Shown piece by piece: positions 35,016 through 45,844 of a stretch of DNA of 64,000 nt. The position numbers and the translations under genes are program-made. The notes under the pieces were generated by a model, which did not search any database, was not told where the DNA came from, and was given only the letters and a program-made list of their open reading frames with translations. Each line of letters starts with the position of its first letter. The first letter of the stretch is position 1. Source of the DNA: an uncultured Streptococcus sp. (GTDB lineage: Bacteria; Bacillota; Bacilli; Lactobacillales; Streptococcaceae); assembly GCA_902461025.1 (NCBI GenBank), contig CABPWC010000001.1, forward strand, positions 1,258 through 65,257, written 5' to 3'.

Positions 35016-35710
35016 ACTTTATACCTCCAATTTGGTTTGATTGTCACCTTACGGACATTACCTGTAAATGTCACACCACTTCGACCAACAGGGATTTCAA
35101 AGAACCCTCCACGCTTTCTGAGAGTATTTTGAACTGCTCCAGTAGCGTTGTAGATGTTTTGTTTTCTCTGTCTACAATCGATTGTAGCTTTGGTATTTAC
35201 AGTCAGATGCATAGTCTTCTGACCAATCGTAAGCGATACATCTCCATTACCTTCAATCTCGATGATAGGCTCTGAATAGACTGTACCAATATTGTCAATC
35301 GTTCCATGACTTGTCAATACAACTGGTTCGACACTCTTCGGATATCTGAATGGGTGCATCAGTAATTTAACATCTAATGTGTAAGCGTGCGGTCCATTCC
35401 TGTGGTAGCTTGCTGAAATATATTCAGCGTAAAATAAAGAGTCTGGTTGATATCCAAACTCGATTTCATTCTTTCCATCGTGGAATTTTTCGACAATGGT
35501 CGAGACGTCAATAAGTTTTGGTAGATAGAAAGAAATCGTGCGTTCATAACTTTTATAAGAACCGTCTAACACACGGTAACTTCCATTCATTCCATAAATG
35601 TCTACAACTTCAGATGTTTTAGGTTCTGCACACTCACTTATCCCAAAATCAGTAACCACACTGTGAGGGATGGTAGATGTATTGAAACCATTGATTATAA
35701 GGTAAAACAT
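35012..35710 (-). CDS. Distal tail protein (Dit)
   Basis: Lies between TMP and Tal; DGSYKSYER, HPFRY, PNWRY. Confidence 0.8.
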   Translation of the reverse strand: MFYLIINGFNTSTIPHSVVTDFGISECAEPKTSEVVDIYGMNGSYRVLDGSYKSYERTISFYLPKLIDVSTIVEKFHDGKNEIEFGYQPDSLFYAEYISASYHRNGPHAYTLDVKLLMHPFRYPKSVEPVVLTSHGTIDNIGTVYSEPIIEIEGNGDVSLTIGQKTMHLTVNTKATIDCRQRKQNIYNATGAVQNTLRKRGGFFEIPVGRSGVTFTGNVRKVTIKPNWRYKV

Positions 35711-38700
35711 TAAATTCCCTCCCTTGCATAAATTGATCCATGATTTTTATAAGTAGATAGTGAGATTTTATCGCCATCTAAGTAAGTATCTGAAGGTTTT
35801 TCAAGTATAGCAGTAAGGATTTTTTCTAAACTTGACCTTAGAATCGCTATCTCAGACACTACTTCTGCCATATCTTGACTATTGTTTACGTTCTTATCAC
35901 GTACTACGATATTTTGTTGAGCTTGTTCCATTTCTCGTAGGAATTTTGCATCACTTGGAATACCAATACCATTCGCATACTTAGGAATTCCCATGCTACT
36001 CATTAAACGCTTGGTCTTATCTGCTCGTAAGACTTTTGAACCTTTTGGAAGTGGTAGCAATACATCTCTACCTTCTGGGACAAAGCTACGTCCATCTGGT
36101 AGTGTAACCATTTCCTTGTAGGTGCTATTCCTTTGGTCATTGACCACTGCAAGTCCACCTGGGTGGTAATTCGTACCATGAGCGTGCTTACTTGCAAAAA
36201 CGTTGGTGAAGAAATTACCCGTTACGCTGTCAATCCAGCTCTTGATTCCTGAAAGAACTCCAGAAGCATTATCTTGTGCGTTGATAGTAACCGTCTTGTC
36301 TTGGATACTGTTCACACCAGATTGAACTTGACTTACTGTTCCTTGTGTGCTGTTTTGAGCAAAGATATTTACTGGAGTGTATTGTTTAATCGAGTTAATA
36401 GCTCCACTCGTTTCTGAACGTACGCCTGAAGTTTGGTCAGCTGCAAACAAGTTGATAGGAGCTTCTTGTTTTGGAGAGTTCACACTTACGATTGCACTTC
36501 CAACTGCAACCCCCGTATTATCTACTGCCTCCAATGACTTAGTTTCAGCTGTAGCAAGATTCCAAGCTGCCATTTTATCGATTGATAATTGCGTAAAATA
36601 CAAAGCATCATTTGGATTTACTAACAAATCTTTTGTAAATGGAGTTATTGCGTTCCAATTCTTCAAAGATTCTGTAGATCGAGATACCGCATTCCTGAAG
36701 CTTTTATCTGTGGCAAGCAACTCTTTTTGTTTTGGAGTTAATGCTTCATAGTTTGTGATAGCTTTTGTTGCTTCGTCCGCCTTGCTCATGATGTCAGTAT
36801 TCTTCAAAAGAAGTTCTTTGACTTCTGCTGGCATATCATTCCAAATCTTGAGGTTTTTCTCACTATCAAAAATTGCTTGTAAACCTGCTTGATTCTTAAC
36901 GATGACTTGTTTTTCTTCCAGGCTCATGTCTTTCCATTTGCCTGACTCTACAAGTGCTTCAGCGATAGTTACACGAGCGTTTGAATTGATATCAGCAGTT
37001 TTAGCAATGAACTGTAATTGTTCCCAACCTTCTGCAGATTTAGAAGCTTCAACAATGACTTCCTTGACATTTGACTTGACTTGGAAATTACCGTTTTTAT
37101 CAATATTACCAACCAATAACGACCAAGCATCATTAGCTTCTTTGACTTCCTTGCTCATTTCACTAGTATAGTTAGCAAGGATGCTATGAGAATTGCCTAC
37201 TTTTTGAGATGCTTCTGCTGCCTTGCGTCCGATTTCTTCATAAGATAAACCGTACTCTTCTAAGGTTTTCTTAGCTTCTTCCCAATAGTTCCAACTTTGA
37301 CCTGTTCTGGATTTAACTTTTTCATCCAGGTTCTTCATAACTTGATAATACTTGCTTCCTAAAGCTTCCATAGTTTGAGTATGGTTTGCTTCTAGTTCTT
37401 GCATTTTCTTGTTATAAGTTTCTTGGTCAATAGCTTTACCGTCTAATAGTTCTTTTAACTCGTCTTTGGATGTTTCGTAGAGTTTCTTCTCTTCATCCAA
37501 GGCTTGTTTTAAAACATCTTTAGTATGTTTTAATTGAGTTTCGTTTAGACTTCCAATTTCTCCATTCAATGCTTGTAGTGCTGCTTTTTGTTGATCAGCA
37601 GATAAGCTCATCATGGAAAGTTTAGCCTTAATCATCTCGTTTTGGTTATTCAAGATGATTTCTTTTTCTTCTAGAGAAAATTTACTAGCATCGCCGTTGT
37701 GTCGTTGGTAGATTTCATTGATCTGGTTCATCATCGCTTCTGTATTCGAAACAATTTGACCATTTCTTTCTTTAACTTGGGCAATTTGTTCAGCACTTAG
37801 ACCCCATTTAGCACCCAATTCTTCCATTCTGTGGTTGCTTTGGTCTGCTGCTGCTTGAATATCTTCATAAAGCTTTTTAAAAGCTCCTGAGACTTTTTCG
37901 ACATCTCCAGCGTGAGTTCCAAAGTTTGCAACTGCTGTACTTGTTTCGTCAACTGTCTTCTGGAAGTTTCTCAACTCTCCTCTTGCAGTGTCACTTAACT
38001 GTGAGCCAAACTCCTCAGTCTTGATTCTTGCTTTATCTTTCTCGTTTCCAAGATAGACAAGACCTGCAGTTGCTAATGCGATACTACCAACCATCAATCC
38101 TAAAGGATTTGCAAGTAAACTCATAGATGTTCCTAGCAACCCTGTCGATGATGAAGCTGATGCCGTTGCAGTTCCAAATGATGCCATGCCTGAACTTGCA
38201 AGCTGAAATGCAGAGGTTAGATTCCCGGTTGTTTTAAAAGCTTGGAAAGTCTTAGCCATCAAGGATATGCCACCTACCGCTTTACCTGTTCCTTTTGTCA
38301 ACCAGCCTAAAGCTTGAGTTAAATTACCAATAACACCAATGCCTTTGCCAAATATTGATAGCGCTGGTCCAGCTCCTGTCGCCAAAGCACCCCATTTTAA
38401 GATGTTTCTTTGCTGTTCCTCAGACATTGAACTAAACTGTTTTGCCATTTTAGCCAATGTCTCAATCCAAGGTTTACCTGCTTTCAAACCGTCTCGTAGC
38501 GCCTTTAATAAAGGTCCACCAAACTCAATAGCCAGGTCAGTTACCTGGTTCTTGAACATCTTCAATTGAGATTCTGTTGTCTCATAACGTTTATTTGCTT
38601 CATTGGTTAAGGCGGTATTTTCTTTCCACGCTTGGTTAGAACGTGCGACTGCTGCACCCATCTTGTCTGATGACAAGGCTAGAGATTTAAGCATATTTCC

Positions 38701-39960
38701 TTGTCTAACACCTGTCATGCCTAACTTCATCAAGATAGCATCCATATTTGCGCCTTTTTCACGGGCTGTATTAAGTCCCTTGATAAAGGCTTGTAAAGCT
38801 TCAGCAGGCTTTTCTTTCCAAGCTTGTTGGAATTCTTCTGATGTTGTTCCTGCAACTTTAGCAATCAATGCTAGATCGTCTGCTGAGTCCTTAGTAGTCA
38901 GTGAAACTGCATTACCAATGGCAGTAAGGGTTTGAGTCATGGCAGTACCACCTGCTTCTGCTTCAATACCCACACTACTCATAGCAGTTGCAAGACCTAA
39001 GATTTCTGGAGCAGTTAGTCCAGCTAGTTTGCCACCTGCTGCTAAACGATTAGACATCTCTACAATGTCTTTCTCAGTAGTTGCAAAGTTATTACCAAGA
39101 TCAACTACAGATGCACCGAATCGAGAATATTCGTCTGATGTTAAACCTAGAATGTTTGCAATCTTGGCAATGGCTGTCGCAGCATCTTCAGCGCTCAAGT
39201 TGGTTGATTCTCCCATATCAATCATAGTACGTGAGAATTTAAGGATATCATCGGCCTTAATACCAAGCTGACCTGCTACTTCTGCTACGTTTGCAATTTG
39301 AACTGCACTGGCGGGCAATTCTTTAGCCATTTGACGAATACCGTCTGATAAGTTTTTATAAGATACTGTTGCAGTTTCATCTACTGTCTTTTTAACTCCA
39401 GCAAATGCAGATTCATAGTCGATTGCTGCTTTAGTAATCAAACCTACACTTGCAACTAACGGAGCAGTTAAGCCAGTAGTTAACTTTCCACCAAGCGTTG
39501 AAACATTATCTCCAAACGCTTTAATCTTATCTCCGCCCTTAATCAAACCATCTCCTAGCTTGTTTATACGAGTGGCGAAACTATTTTCTTTACCTACTGC
39601 AATCAATGCCTGTTCAACACTTCTAAGTTGTCTTTCCATTGCTGCTAACTTAGCATTTTCACGCTCAATATCTGCAGCTGCTTTATCAAACTTAGCAGTG
39701 CCTGGTTCGAGTTTATCAAAACTCTTTTTCATTTCATCCAAGACCTTTTTTTGTGATCCAATAGCTTGGCCTAAAGTCTTGTATTTTGCTTGTAGTAAAT
39801 CTGTGTTTTTTCCATTATCTTTCAGAGAACTATCTAGCGCCTTTACATTGCTTTGAAAATATTTAACCGCATTTTTAGCACCATTTAGAGTAGGATTGAA
39901 CTTCGACACGTCCAGCCCTAGCTCGATATACATTTGACCTAACGGCGTTCCACCTGCCAT
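35710..39960 (-). CDS. Tail tape measure protein
   Basis: 1416 aa, Ala/Gly-rich, YESAFAGVKKTV core. Confidence 0.92.
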   Translation of the reverse strand: MAGGTPLGQMYIELGLDVSKFNPTLNGAKNAVKYFQSNVKALDSSLKDNGKNTDLLQAKYKTLGQAIGSQKKVLDEMKKSFDKLEPGTAKFDKAAADIERENAKLAAMERQLRSVEQALIAVGKENSFATRINKLGDGLIKGGDKIKAFGDNVSTLGGKLTTGLTAPLVASVGLITKAAIDYESAFAGVKKTVDETATVSYKNLSDGIRQMAKELPASAVQIANVAEVAGQLGIKADDILKFSRTMIDMGESTNLSAEDAATAIAKIANILGLTSDEYSRFGASVVDLGNNFATTEKDIVEMSNRLAAGGKLAGLTAPEILGLATAMSSVGIEAEAGGTAMTQTLTAIGNAVSLTTKDSADDLALIAKVAGTTSEEFQQAWKEKPAEALQAFIKGLNTAREKGANMDAILMKLGMTGVRQGNMLKSLALSSDKMGAAVARSNQAWKENTALTNEANKRYETTESQLKMFKNQVTDLAIEFGGPLLKALRDGLKAGKPWIETLAKMAKQFSSMSEEQQRNILKWGALATGAGPALSIFGKGIGVIGNLTQALGWLTKGTGKAVGGISLMAKTFQAFKTTGNLTSAFQLASSGMASFGTATASASSSTGLLGTSMSLLANPLGLMVGSIALATAGLVYLGNEKDKARIKTEEFGSQLSDTARGELRNFQKTVDETSTAVANFGTHAGDVEKVSGAFKKLYEDIQAAADQSNHRMEELGAKWGLSAEQIAQVKERNGQIVSNTEAMMNQINEIYQRHNGDASKFSLEEKEIILNNQNEMIKAKLSMMSLSADQQKAALQALNGEIGSLNETQLKHTKDVLKQALDEEKKLYETSKDELKELLDGKAIDQETYNKKMQELEANHTQTMEALGSKYYQVMKNLDEKVKSRTGQSWNYWEEAKKTLEEYGLSYEEIGRKAAEASQKVGNSHSILANYTSEMSKEVKEANDAWSLLVGNIDKNGNFQVKSNVKEVIVEASKSAEGWEQLQFIAKTADINSNARVTIAEALVESGKWKDMSLEEKQVIVKNQAGLQAIFDSEKNLKIWNDMPAEVKELLLKNTDIMSKADEATKAITNYEALTPKQKELLATDKSFRNAVSRSTESLKNWNAITPFTKDLLVNPNDALYFTQLSIDKMAAWNLATAETKSLEAVDNTGVAVGSAIVSVNSPKQEAPINLFAADQTSGVRSETSGAINSIKQYTPVNIFAQNSTQGTVSQVQSGVNSIQDKTVTINAQDNASGVLSGIKSWIDSVTGNFFTNVFASKHAHGTNYHPGGLAVVNDQRNSTYKEMVTLPDGRSFVPEGRDVLLPLPKGSKVLRADKTKRLMSSMGIPKYANGIGIPSDAKFLREMEQAQQNIVVRDKNVNNSQDMAEVVSEIAILRSSLEKILTAILEKPSDTYLDGDKISLSTYKNHGSIYAREGI

Positions 39961-39974
39961 TCAAATCCTCCTTT

Positions 39975-40178
39975 TTAAATCGTTTCTAGAAAGTCAGCAA
40001 GATCCATGACTTCCTCAGTTTTATCAGATTCGGTTTGACCAAGAACACCCATTAGGTCCTCCCAGCTCGTATCCATCACATCACGGATACTCATACCGTA
40101 TGGACCTTCAGTAGCTTGCTTGACAAAACCATAAAACCTTTTCAGCGCTTCACTTGGCTTTATTTTTTCTCCTTTGGG
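39975..40178 (-). CDS. Tail assembly chaperone T portion (via -1 frameshift)
   Basis: -1 frame open from slippery CCCAAAG (40172-40178) to TAA at 39975: GEKIKPSEALKRFYGFVKQ...DLADFLETI. Confidence 0.75.
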   Translation of the reverse strand, partial: PKGEKIKPSEALKRFYGFVKQATEGPYGMSIRDVMDTSWEDLMGVLGQTESDKTEEVMDLADFLETI

Positions 40179-40453
40179 TCAACATCACCAACCAGATGAG
40201 AGTAGATGTCTGCAAATACCGCAAAAATATCTGCCATGTCCGTGAATTTCAAAAGCTCTTCCACTTCCAAATCTTCAAACAGTGAGGCGATGAATTCTAA
40301 TTGTTTGTCTAATTTCTCTACCTCTGACACATCAGATGATAGTGCTTCATTGAGAATCAAGTAGTCACGATAGTCCTTAGTAGTAATTTCTTTACTAGTC
40401 TTTTGAACATCTTGACCCTTTTCGTTTTTAATTAAAAATTTAACCTTAGCCAT
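40160..40453 (-). CDS. Tail assembly chaperone G
   Basis: Lies between major tail protein and TMP, ends at a slippery site. Confidence 0.8.
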   Translation of the reverse strand: MAKVKFLIKNEKGQDVQKTSKEITTKDYRDYLILNEALSSDVSEVEKLDKQLEFIASLFEDLEVEELLKFTDMADIFAVFADIYSHLVGDVDPKEKK

Positions 40454-40500
40454 TTACTTTCCTTTCTAGAAAAGATAAAAAGAGAGCTTGCGCCCTCTTC

Positions 40501-41085
40501 CTACCCTGCAGCAACCATTTTAAGTTGTCCTTTGAATTTTTTGAGTTTTTCTTCGTCCTTACCGATGTACTTGATGTAGTAAAGACCATTAGTGTCTGTA
40601 TCGTCACTTGCAATAGCTGAGAAGCTCAAGCTATCATCTGGAAGTTCTTCTTGTTTGTCTTTGAGGGTTTCAAATTCCTCAGCATCCATTGAGAATTGAC
40701 CTTTGAAGAAACCAACTTGTGCTTGTGTACCGTCTGCTGCTTTAGATTCAAGCATAACTGAGCAGTATGGAGCAACTGTGTCAGCACCAATACCGATGAT
40801 ATCATCCTTGATTGCATGACCGAGGATTTTAGCAAGTACAGTTGCAGGGATGTCAACTGCAGTCATTTCCATCTTAACGTCACCAACACCACGGTTTGAT
40901 ACGTGGTAAGCAACGTCGCTACCATAGGTTTTTACTGGATCACTTGCAAGACCTGAAATCTTAGCAGTACGAGTCGCACCTTTACCAGTTTGACCTTCGA
41001 TTACAAAAAGGTTTTGTCCAAGTGTTGGAGTAGCATTTCCATCCAACACACGAACTGTCATACGTTTAAAACCAACTAATGCCAT
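40501..41085 (-). CDS. Major tail protein (phi13 family)
   Basis: LVGFKR, YGSD, APY, GFFKGQFS. Confidence 0.85.
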   Translation of the reverse strand: MALVGFKRMTVRVLDGNATPTLGQNLFVIEGQTGKGATRTAKISGLASDPVKTYGSDVAYHVSNRGVGDVKMEMTAVDIPATVLAKILGHAIKDDIIGIGADTVAPYCSVMLESKAADGTQAQVGFFKGQFSMDAEEFETLKDKQEELPDDSLSFSAIASDDTDTNGLYYIKYIGKDEEKLKKFKGQLKMVAAG

Positions 41086-41107
41086 TTATAGCACCTCTTT
41101 CTTTAAT

Positions 41108-41488
41108 TTAGTATTCTTCATATAGAGCACTCCGACCTTTATAAGTCCGAGCATCTACGTAGCGTTTGATTTCTGGAATCCATTCATCTAAACCACCTGT
41201 GGTTTGATAAAATCCTTGTTCTTCCATAATCTTTTCAATTTTTCTTTGGAGTTCTTTGCACTCCATATAATTTTTAGACTCTACATTGACCTGGTAGAGA
41301 AATGCCTTAGCTAGGCTTGTATTACTACCATGAGCCGTTTGCATCGGCGGACCAACTGGTCTAATGACGATACTTGTCTCATTGCTTGGTAGCGTGTCTG
41401 GACGATTAAAAGATTTGATACTGATTCCAGCTAAGGTCTCATCTTTTTTTAATGTCTCATAGAGTTCATTAAACTTATCTTTGAGCAT
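41108..41488 (-). CDS. Tail terminator/completion protein
   Basis: Synteny; YQVNVES, DARTY. Confidence 0.65.
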   Translation of the reverse strand: MLKDKFNELYETLKKDETLAGISIKSFNRPDTLPSNETSIVIRPVGPPMQTAHGSNTSLAKAFLYQVNVESKNYMECKELQRKIEKIMEEQGFYQTTGGLDEWIPEIKRYVDARTYKGRSALYEEY

Positions 41489-41890
41489 CTAAAAACCTCC
41501 TATCTTCAAATGACTAGCCATTCTATATTTGTATGTTTTAGCATGAGCCTCTGAAAAGCGTCTAATTACACCAAAACCTCTTGGATGTGGATTCTTGCTA
41601 TATCCAAACTCGTTCAAGTGAACTAAGCGCCATCTAGAACCCTCACCGAAACCGATTTTCACAACAGGAACGCCAGCAGCAAGACCCGTCACACGCCCAA
41701 CAGTAGCACTTTCAATAGTGTCTCCTTTATCTTTGTAGACTTGCAAAGCACCTTTAAACTCTTCTAAAGTTTCATTTGCGACTTCTTTTAAGGCTCGACT
41801 CGTAGTACGTTTGACCTTAGTATCACCAAGATGAATTTCAAGGTTTCTAAGAACATCGTCAAAGCCTCTTAATTCTGCTCCACTAGACAT
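41489..41890 (-). CDS. HK97 gp10-like neck protein
   Basis: RWRLVHLNEFGY motif; start moved to MSSGAEL. Confidence 0.7.
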   Translation of the reverse strand: MSSGAELRGFDDVLRNLEIHLGDTKVKRTTSRALKEVANETLEEFKGALQVYKDKGDTIESATVGRVTGLAAGVPVVKIGFGEGSRWRLVHLNEFGYSKNPHPRGFGVIRRFSEAHAKTYKYRMASHLKIGGF

Positions 41891-42275
41891 CTTGACCACC
41901 ACCGATAACAACTATCAAAAAATCCCGATTGTCAAAATCAGGACGCACATCGATAATTTGCCATTTTTCACCACTGAGACGACTGTCTCCGACTTCGACA
42001 AAATGCTCATTCTTCGGCTGATAATCAGACAAAGGATCACGAATTTTCAGAGTCATCTTAGCTTTCATAGACTTACCAGTCGCAATCTCGATATCTTTAA
42101 AGCTAGGAGAGTATACTTGGCCCATCGTAAAGAAAGCCTCCTCGTGACTCACATCACGACCATGAAGCCCCTCCTCGACTTTAGAAGTATAGAAAGTCAA
42201 GGGGGTTCTCAGGTCTCCGTTTTGAGCTTCAGGCTTTTTATAACGATATTGAGGTTTATTCTTCTGGTAGCTCAA
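41883..42275 (-). CDS. Head-tail adaptor/closure protein
   Basis: GDLRTPLTF motif, synteny. Confidence 0.7.
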   Translation of the reverse strand: MSYQKNKPQYRYKKPEAQNGDLRTPLTFYTSKVEEGLHGRDVSHEEAFFTMGQVYSPSFKDIEIATGKSMKAKMTLKIRDPLSDYQPKNEHFVEVGDSRLSGEKWQIIDVRPDFDNRDFLIVVIGGGQDV

Positions 42276-42435
42276 TATTTGTAACTACTTCTGTTTTTTC
42301 TTCGCCCCATTCAACAAATCCAGGCAAGATAGAATTGATTTCTTCAAAACGTTCTCTTGTCGCTTCAAATGTTGAACCTACTGGACGGAATTGACTTGCT
42401 TCAAGGTCAAAGAATTCTTTTAAAACTCTAATCAC
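42256..42435 (-). CDS. 59-aa hypothetical head-module protein (below the ORF-track cutoff)
   Basis: GTG start overlapping the upstream stop, GGAGGA RBS; MIRVLKEFFDLEASQFRPVGSTFEATRERFEEIN... Confidence 0.7.
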   Translation of the reverse strand: MIRVLKEFFDLEASQFRPVGSTFEATRERFEEINSILPGFVEWGEEKTEVVTNIELPEE

Positions 42436-42719
42436 GCTTTTTCCTCCATGTTGTAATTTTCAAGAGATAACGCCATTAAGTCCCCTCGGAAGTTTTCATA
42501 GAAGAACTCCACTTGGTCATTGTAGACGTATCTAGCACGCTCCAAAATTAACTCTCGAACTCGTGGTTCAGTTGGATACTGACTACCAACAAGGTTAAGG
42601 ATGTTAGCTTCAGAGCTTTCCAACATCCGTGAGAGGTTTTCGTCCTCTCCACTATGAAAAATCCTCATCCGCTCCTTAAAAGGTTTAAGGAGTGGATGAA
42701 GTTCTACTTCTGAAGTCAT
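42432..42719 (-). CDS. Head-tail connector (gp6-like)
   Basis: FKERMRIFHSGEDE, LILERARYVYND. Confidence 0.75.
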   Translation of the reverse strand: MTSEVELHPLLKPFKERMRIFHSGEDENLSRMLESSEANILNLVGSQYPTEPRVRELILERARYVYNDQVEFFYENFRGDLMALSLENYNMEEKA

Positions 42720-42734
42720 GATCTAACCCCTAAA

Positions 42735-43856
42735 TTAAGCTTGAGGGAGTTGTAAAGTCCAAACTGCAGATGTCTTTTCATCATGAGCCTTACCATAAGC
42801 AAATTGTTTAGCAGTGTAAAGGTTCAAATCTTCCAATGCGTATGTTTCTGTGTAACGGCCAAGTGTAATACCACCACCGACAAAAGCATCGTAGCGACCT
42901 TTGACAAATGTAGTGACTTTACCAGCTGTCTGAGCCACAGATTCAACCAAGATAAGGTTGAATGGCATAGCTGTGATATAAACAGCTTGAGCGTTCAATG
43001 AAGTGTATTGTTTCTTCACATCCCAAGCGTCGGCTGTATTAACAACCATTACAAGGTTACCTTCTACTGCAACTGGAGTTTTTCCATCTTCTTTAACAGA
43101 GTGATGTTTGTAAACCTTTGTCAATTCTTTGACTACGGTAGCTGAGTCAGCAAAAGTCAACTTAGTAGTTTGAGCTGTTTTTTCAGCATAAGTTGTCTTA
43201 TCTCCAGAAACAGTTCCTGTAAGTGTACGAGAAAGACCGATAGGTTTATTATCCCCATCACCATTCAAGAAAGCTGCTTCAAGGGCCACTGCAAATGCTT
43301 CTGTAATTTGAACAGAGATGAATTTCGCCAACCAAGCTGGGCCAAATTTTTCGGCATCTTTTGGAATTACAACAAAAGCAGTCAATTTGTGTTGGATTGC
43401 TTCTTCTTCGTTAAATTGTTGTTTGAGTTGTCCTTGGATTTCTCCATTGATTTTTCCCCAAACAGCTTGTCCAGTTTGCTCTGATTTGAGGAATTTCAAG
43501 CGGATACCAGCATTTTTAAGGCCGATATGTTGAAGGAGTGGGCGAGCTTGTACCAGATCTTCAAAGATACGATCGATGATTTCTTGTGGGATGAGCTTAT
43601 CAATCCCTTTAGGTGCGGCTTTTTCAATGTTATTGAAAAACTCACGAGCTTCAGCGGTCAACTTGGCATCGTATGGATTCAAGGCTGAAACTTCTTCACG
43701 GGCAGCATCACGAGCTTGAGCCATCATTTCATTGGTCATGGACTCAATCATGTCATTGTATAGCTTCGCTTGTTCTTCTTGGGGAGCGCCATTTGTAACA
43801 GCATCTAAAAATGCCTGACGTTGTTTTTCAAATTTGTTAGATAATTGCATTGTCAT
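42735..43856 (-). CDS. Major capsid protein, HK97 fold
   Basis: LIPQEII, AFLNGDGDNKPIG. Confidence 0.9.
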   Translation of the reverse strand: MTMQLSNKFEKQRQAFLDAVTNGAPQEEQAKLYNDMIESMTNEMMAQARDAAREEVSALNPYDAKLTAEAREFFNNIEKAAPKGIDKLIPQEIIDRIFEDLVQARPLLQHIGLKNAGIRLKFLKSEQTGQAVWGKINGEIQGQLKQQFNEEEAIQHKLTAFVVIPKDAEKFGPAWLAKFISVQITEAFAVALEAAFLNGDGDNKPIGLSRTLTGTVSGDKTTYAEKTAQTTKLTFADSATVVKELTKVYKHHSVKEDGKTPVAVEGNLVMVVNTADAWDVKKQYTSLNAQAVYITAMPFNLILVESVAQTAGKVTTFVKGRYDAFVGGGITLGRYTETYALEDLNLYTAKQFAYGKAHDEKTSAVWTLQLPQA

Positions 43857-43871
43857 TCTGTTTTTCCTTTC

Positions 43872-44654
43872 TTAAAACATAAAAAGACCGAACCCTTTAG
43901 GAACAGCCTTGTTTGTGCTATTGTCTTGACTTTCTGAAAAATTGAATTTCTTCTGTACAAATTCGCTATTTTCGAAAGCCTCTTTTTCAATTTGTATATC
44001 TGGTAGTTTAGCTTCTAGCTTTTCAGCTACCAATTCAGCGATTTTATCAATATCCGGTGTCATTGCTGACCTCATTTTCTCGATAAAATCATTTGGAATC
44101 ATAGGAGTTTCACTCGCTACTAGAGTCGGAGCAACTTCGTTTGTAAACATAATCTTGTCTACAAAGCCATGATTCAAAGCTGACTCGGCATCAAACCAAG
44201 TAGTCTTATTCATCAAAGCAAGCAAGTCATCAAGAGCCTTGCCAGTCTTATGAACATAGGCACTAGCAATCGACTTGTTAAACCCTTCTAGTACCCCAGC
44301 CTCATGAAGCAGAGTGTTATGGTCTCCATTTACTTGCGTTGAAACATTGTGGATCATAATTTGGGCAGTCGGACTGATTTCAACCGTATCTCCTGCCATT
44401 GCAATCACGCTTGCTGCGCTTGCTGCAATACCGACAATCTTCACGGTCACGTCACCAGGATACGAGCGTAGAGCAGTATAAATTTCACTACCAGCATAAA
44501 CATCTCCACCACCAGAATTGATATGAACCTCAATCGGTTCACCACTATCAGGAAGGACTATATCTTTCGGAGCGGTTGCATCCCACTCAAGCCAATCGTA
44601 AAGCCATCTGTCATTGTTTGAAACAATCGTACCCTTAATTTGAATTACTTTCAT
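43872..44654 (-). CDS. ClpP-like prohead protease
   Basis: INSGGGDV, AASAASVI, IMIHN. Confidence 0.9.
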   Translation of the reverse strand: MKVIQIKGTIVSNNDRWLYDWLEWDATAPKDIVLPDSGEPIEVHINSGGGDVYAGSEIYTALRSYPGDVTVKIVGIAASAASVIAMAGDTVEISPTAQIMIHNVSTQVNGDHNTLLHEAGVLEGFNKSIASAYVHKTGKALDDLLALMNKTTWFDAESALNHGFVDKIMFTNEVAPTLVASETPMIPNDFIEKMRSAMTPDIDKIAELVAEKLEAKLPDIQIEKEAFENSEFVQKKFNFSESQDNSTNKAVPKGFGLFMF

Positions 44655-45786
44655 CTTCTTTCTCACCTCCTTTCTCTAACTGTTCACCAAGTTGATAGTT
44701 TTTGGTGATGAGGAATTTATCGCCACCAGGGACAGATTCTAAGCCAAGTTCAGAGCGCACCTCGTTTCGAGTCATTGCTCCAGAAGAAATAAGCTTATCA
44801 ATGCTTCCAGCGAGTGCAAACTTATCTCTCTGACCTTCGCCAATGATTACAAATAGATTATTGCGCTCATATTGCTGTCTTGATACTAAAGCAAAATTAA
44901 GCCCATCACTCATTTTCTTAACAAGTGATTGGTAGCAATAACTATTAAACATTTTTTGGCTATTTTCAAGATTGGCCATATCGCCATGACTTAAAGCTGT
45001 TGGAATCCCTAAGACGTCCGCGACCTCATCATCAAATTGCCGACGAAGTTTCTTTAACTCATCAACAGAAATATTTGAAGTCCCTGTTGTATTCGTATGC
45101 TCGGAATATTCCATTCCATCCTGAGCTGGAACAATGGCAATCGTTTTAGTGCTAAATGATTTAAAGAGACCATCAGCATATGATTGGAGTTTATCACGCA
45201 TCTGCTTATCAAAACTCCCATTGTTTTTGGTTTTCAGAGTTCCTCTGATTTGATTGTTCCTAGCCAAGGCCTCGACCAAACGAGTGTGCAACTTCTCGTA
45301 ATCAGCAAATAAGTCAGAAATATAATCTTGCAGTCGATTATTGTTGTACTGTAAGAAAATCACTTCACTCATCCGAAAACGCTTCTCAAATGTGAAACCT
45401 CTACAAGTTACAAATTCAAACACATCATCATAAACAGCATATTTAGTCCGTGTGTAAGAGTCAGCAACAAGCAACTGGTCATCCGTTGTAAGAAAGATTA
45501 GGACCTCATTCTTAGTGATCAACCGATAGACGACCTTTTGCCAAAAATCTGACGCAGACTCATTTTTGTTTGGCCTTACATTCAGCAAATAGTCCCAATC
45601 AGAAGGCTTAGCCTTACCGTTTTCTTGATACTTAAATGCTGACTTAGCAAAAATCCGAGCGATGAACTCGGCTGACTTATCAATCGCTAAGCTTTTGAGT
45701 TGCAGATTTCCAAACATCCGCTCAAGATCCTCGAACTCAAACCCAACCTCTGGCACTTCACGCTTAAATAAATTCAGTAACCCCAA
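44635..45786 (-). CDS. Portal protein, HK97 family
   Basis: LNVRPN, LGIP, TRNEVR. Confidence 0.9.
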   Translation of the reverse strand: MGLLNLFKREVPEVGFEFEDLERMFGNLQLKSLAIDKSAEFIARIFAKSAFKYQENGKAKPSDWDYLLNVRPNKNESASDFWQKVVYRLITKNEVLIFLTTDDQLLVADSYTRTKYAVYDDVFEFVTCRGFTFEKRFRMSEVIFLQYNNNRLQDYISDLFADYEKLHTRLVEALARNNQIRGTLKTKNNGSFDKQMRDKLQSYADGLFKSFSTKTIAIVPAQDGMEYSEHTNTTGTSNISVDELKKLRRQFDDEVADVLGIPTALSHGDMANLENSQKMFNSYCYQSLVKKMSDGLNFALVSRQQYERNNLFVIIGEGQRDKFALAGSIDKLISSGAMTRNEVRSELGLESVPGGDKFLITKNYQLGEQLEKGGEKEDESNSN

Positions 45787-45844
45787 TGCACTTCCTCCTT
45801 TCTTTTAATTTCTGCCGACCACCCACCCAAAATTTATGCTTAGA

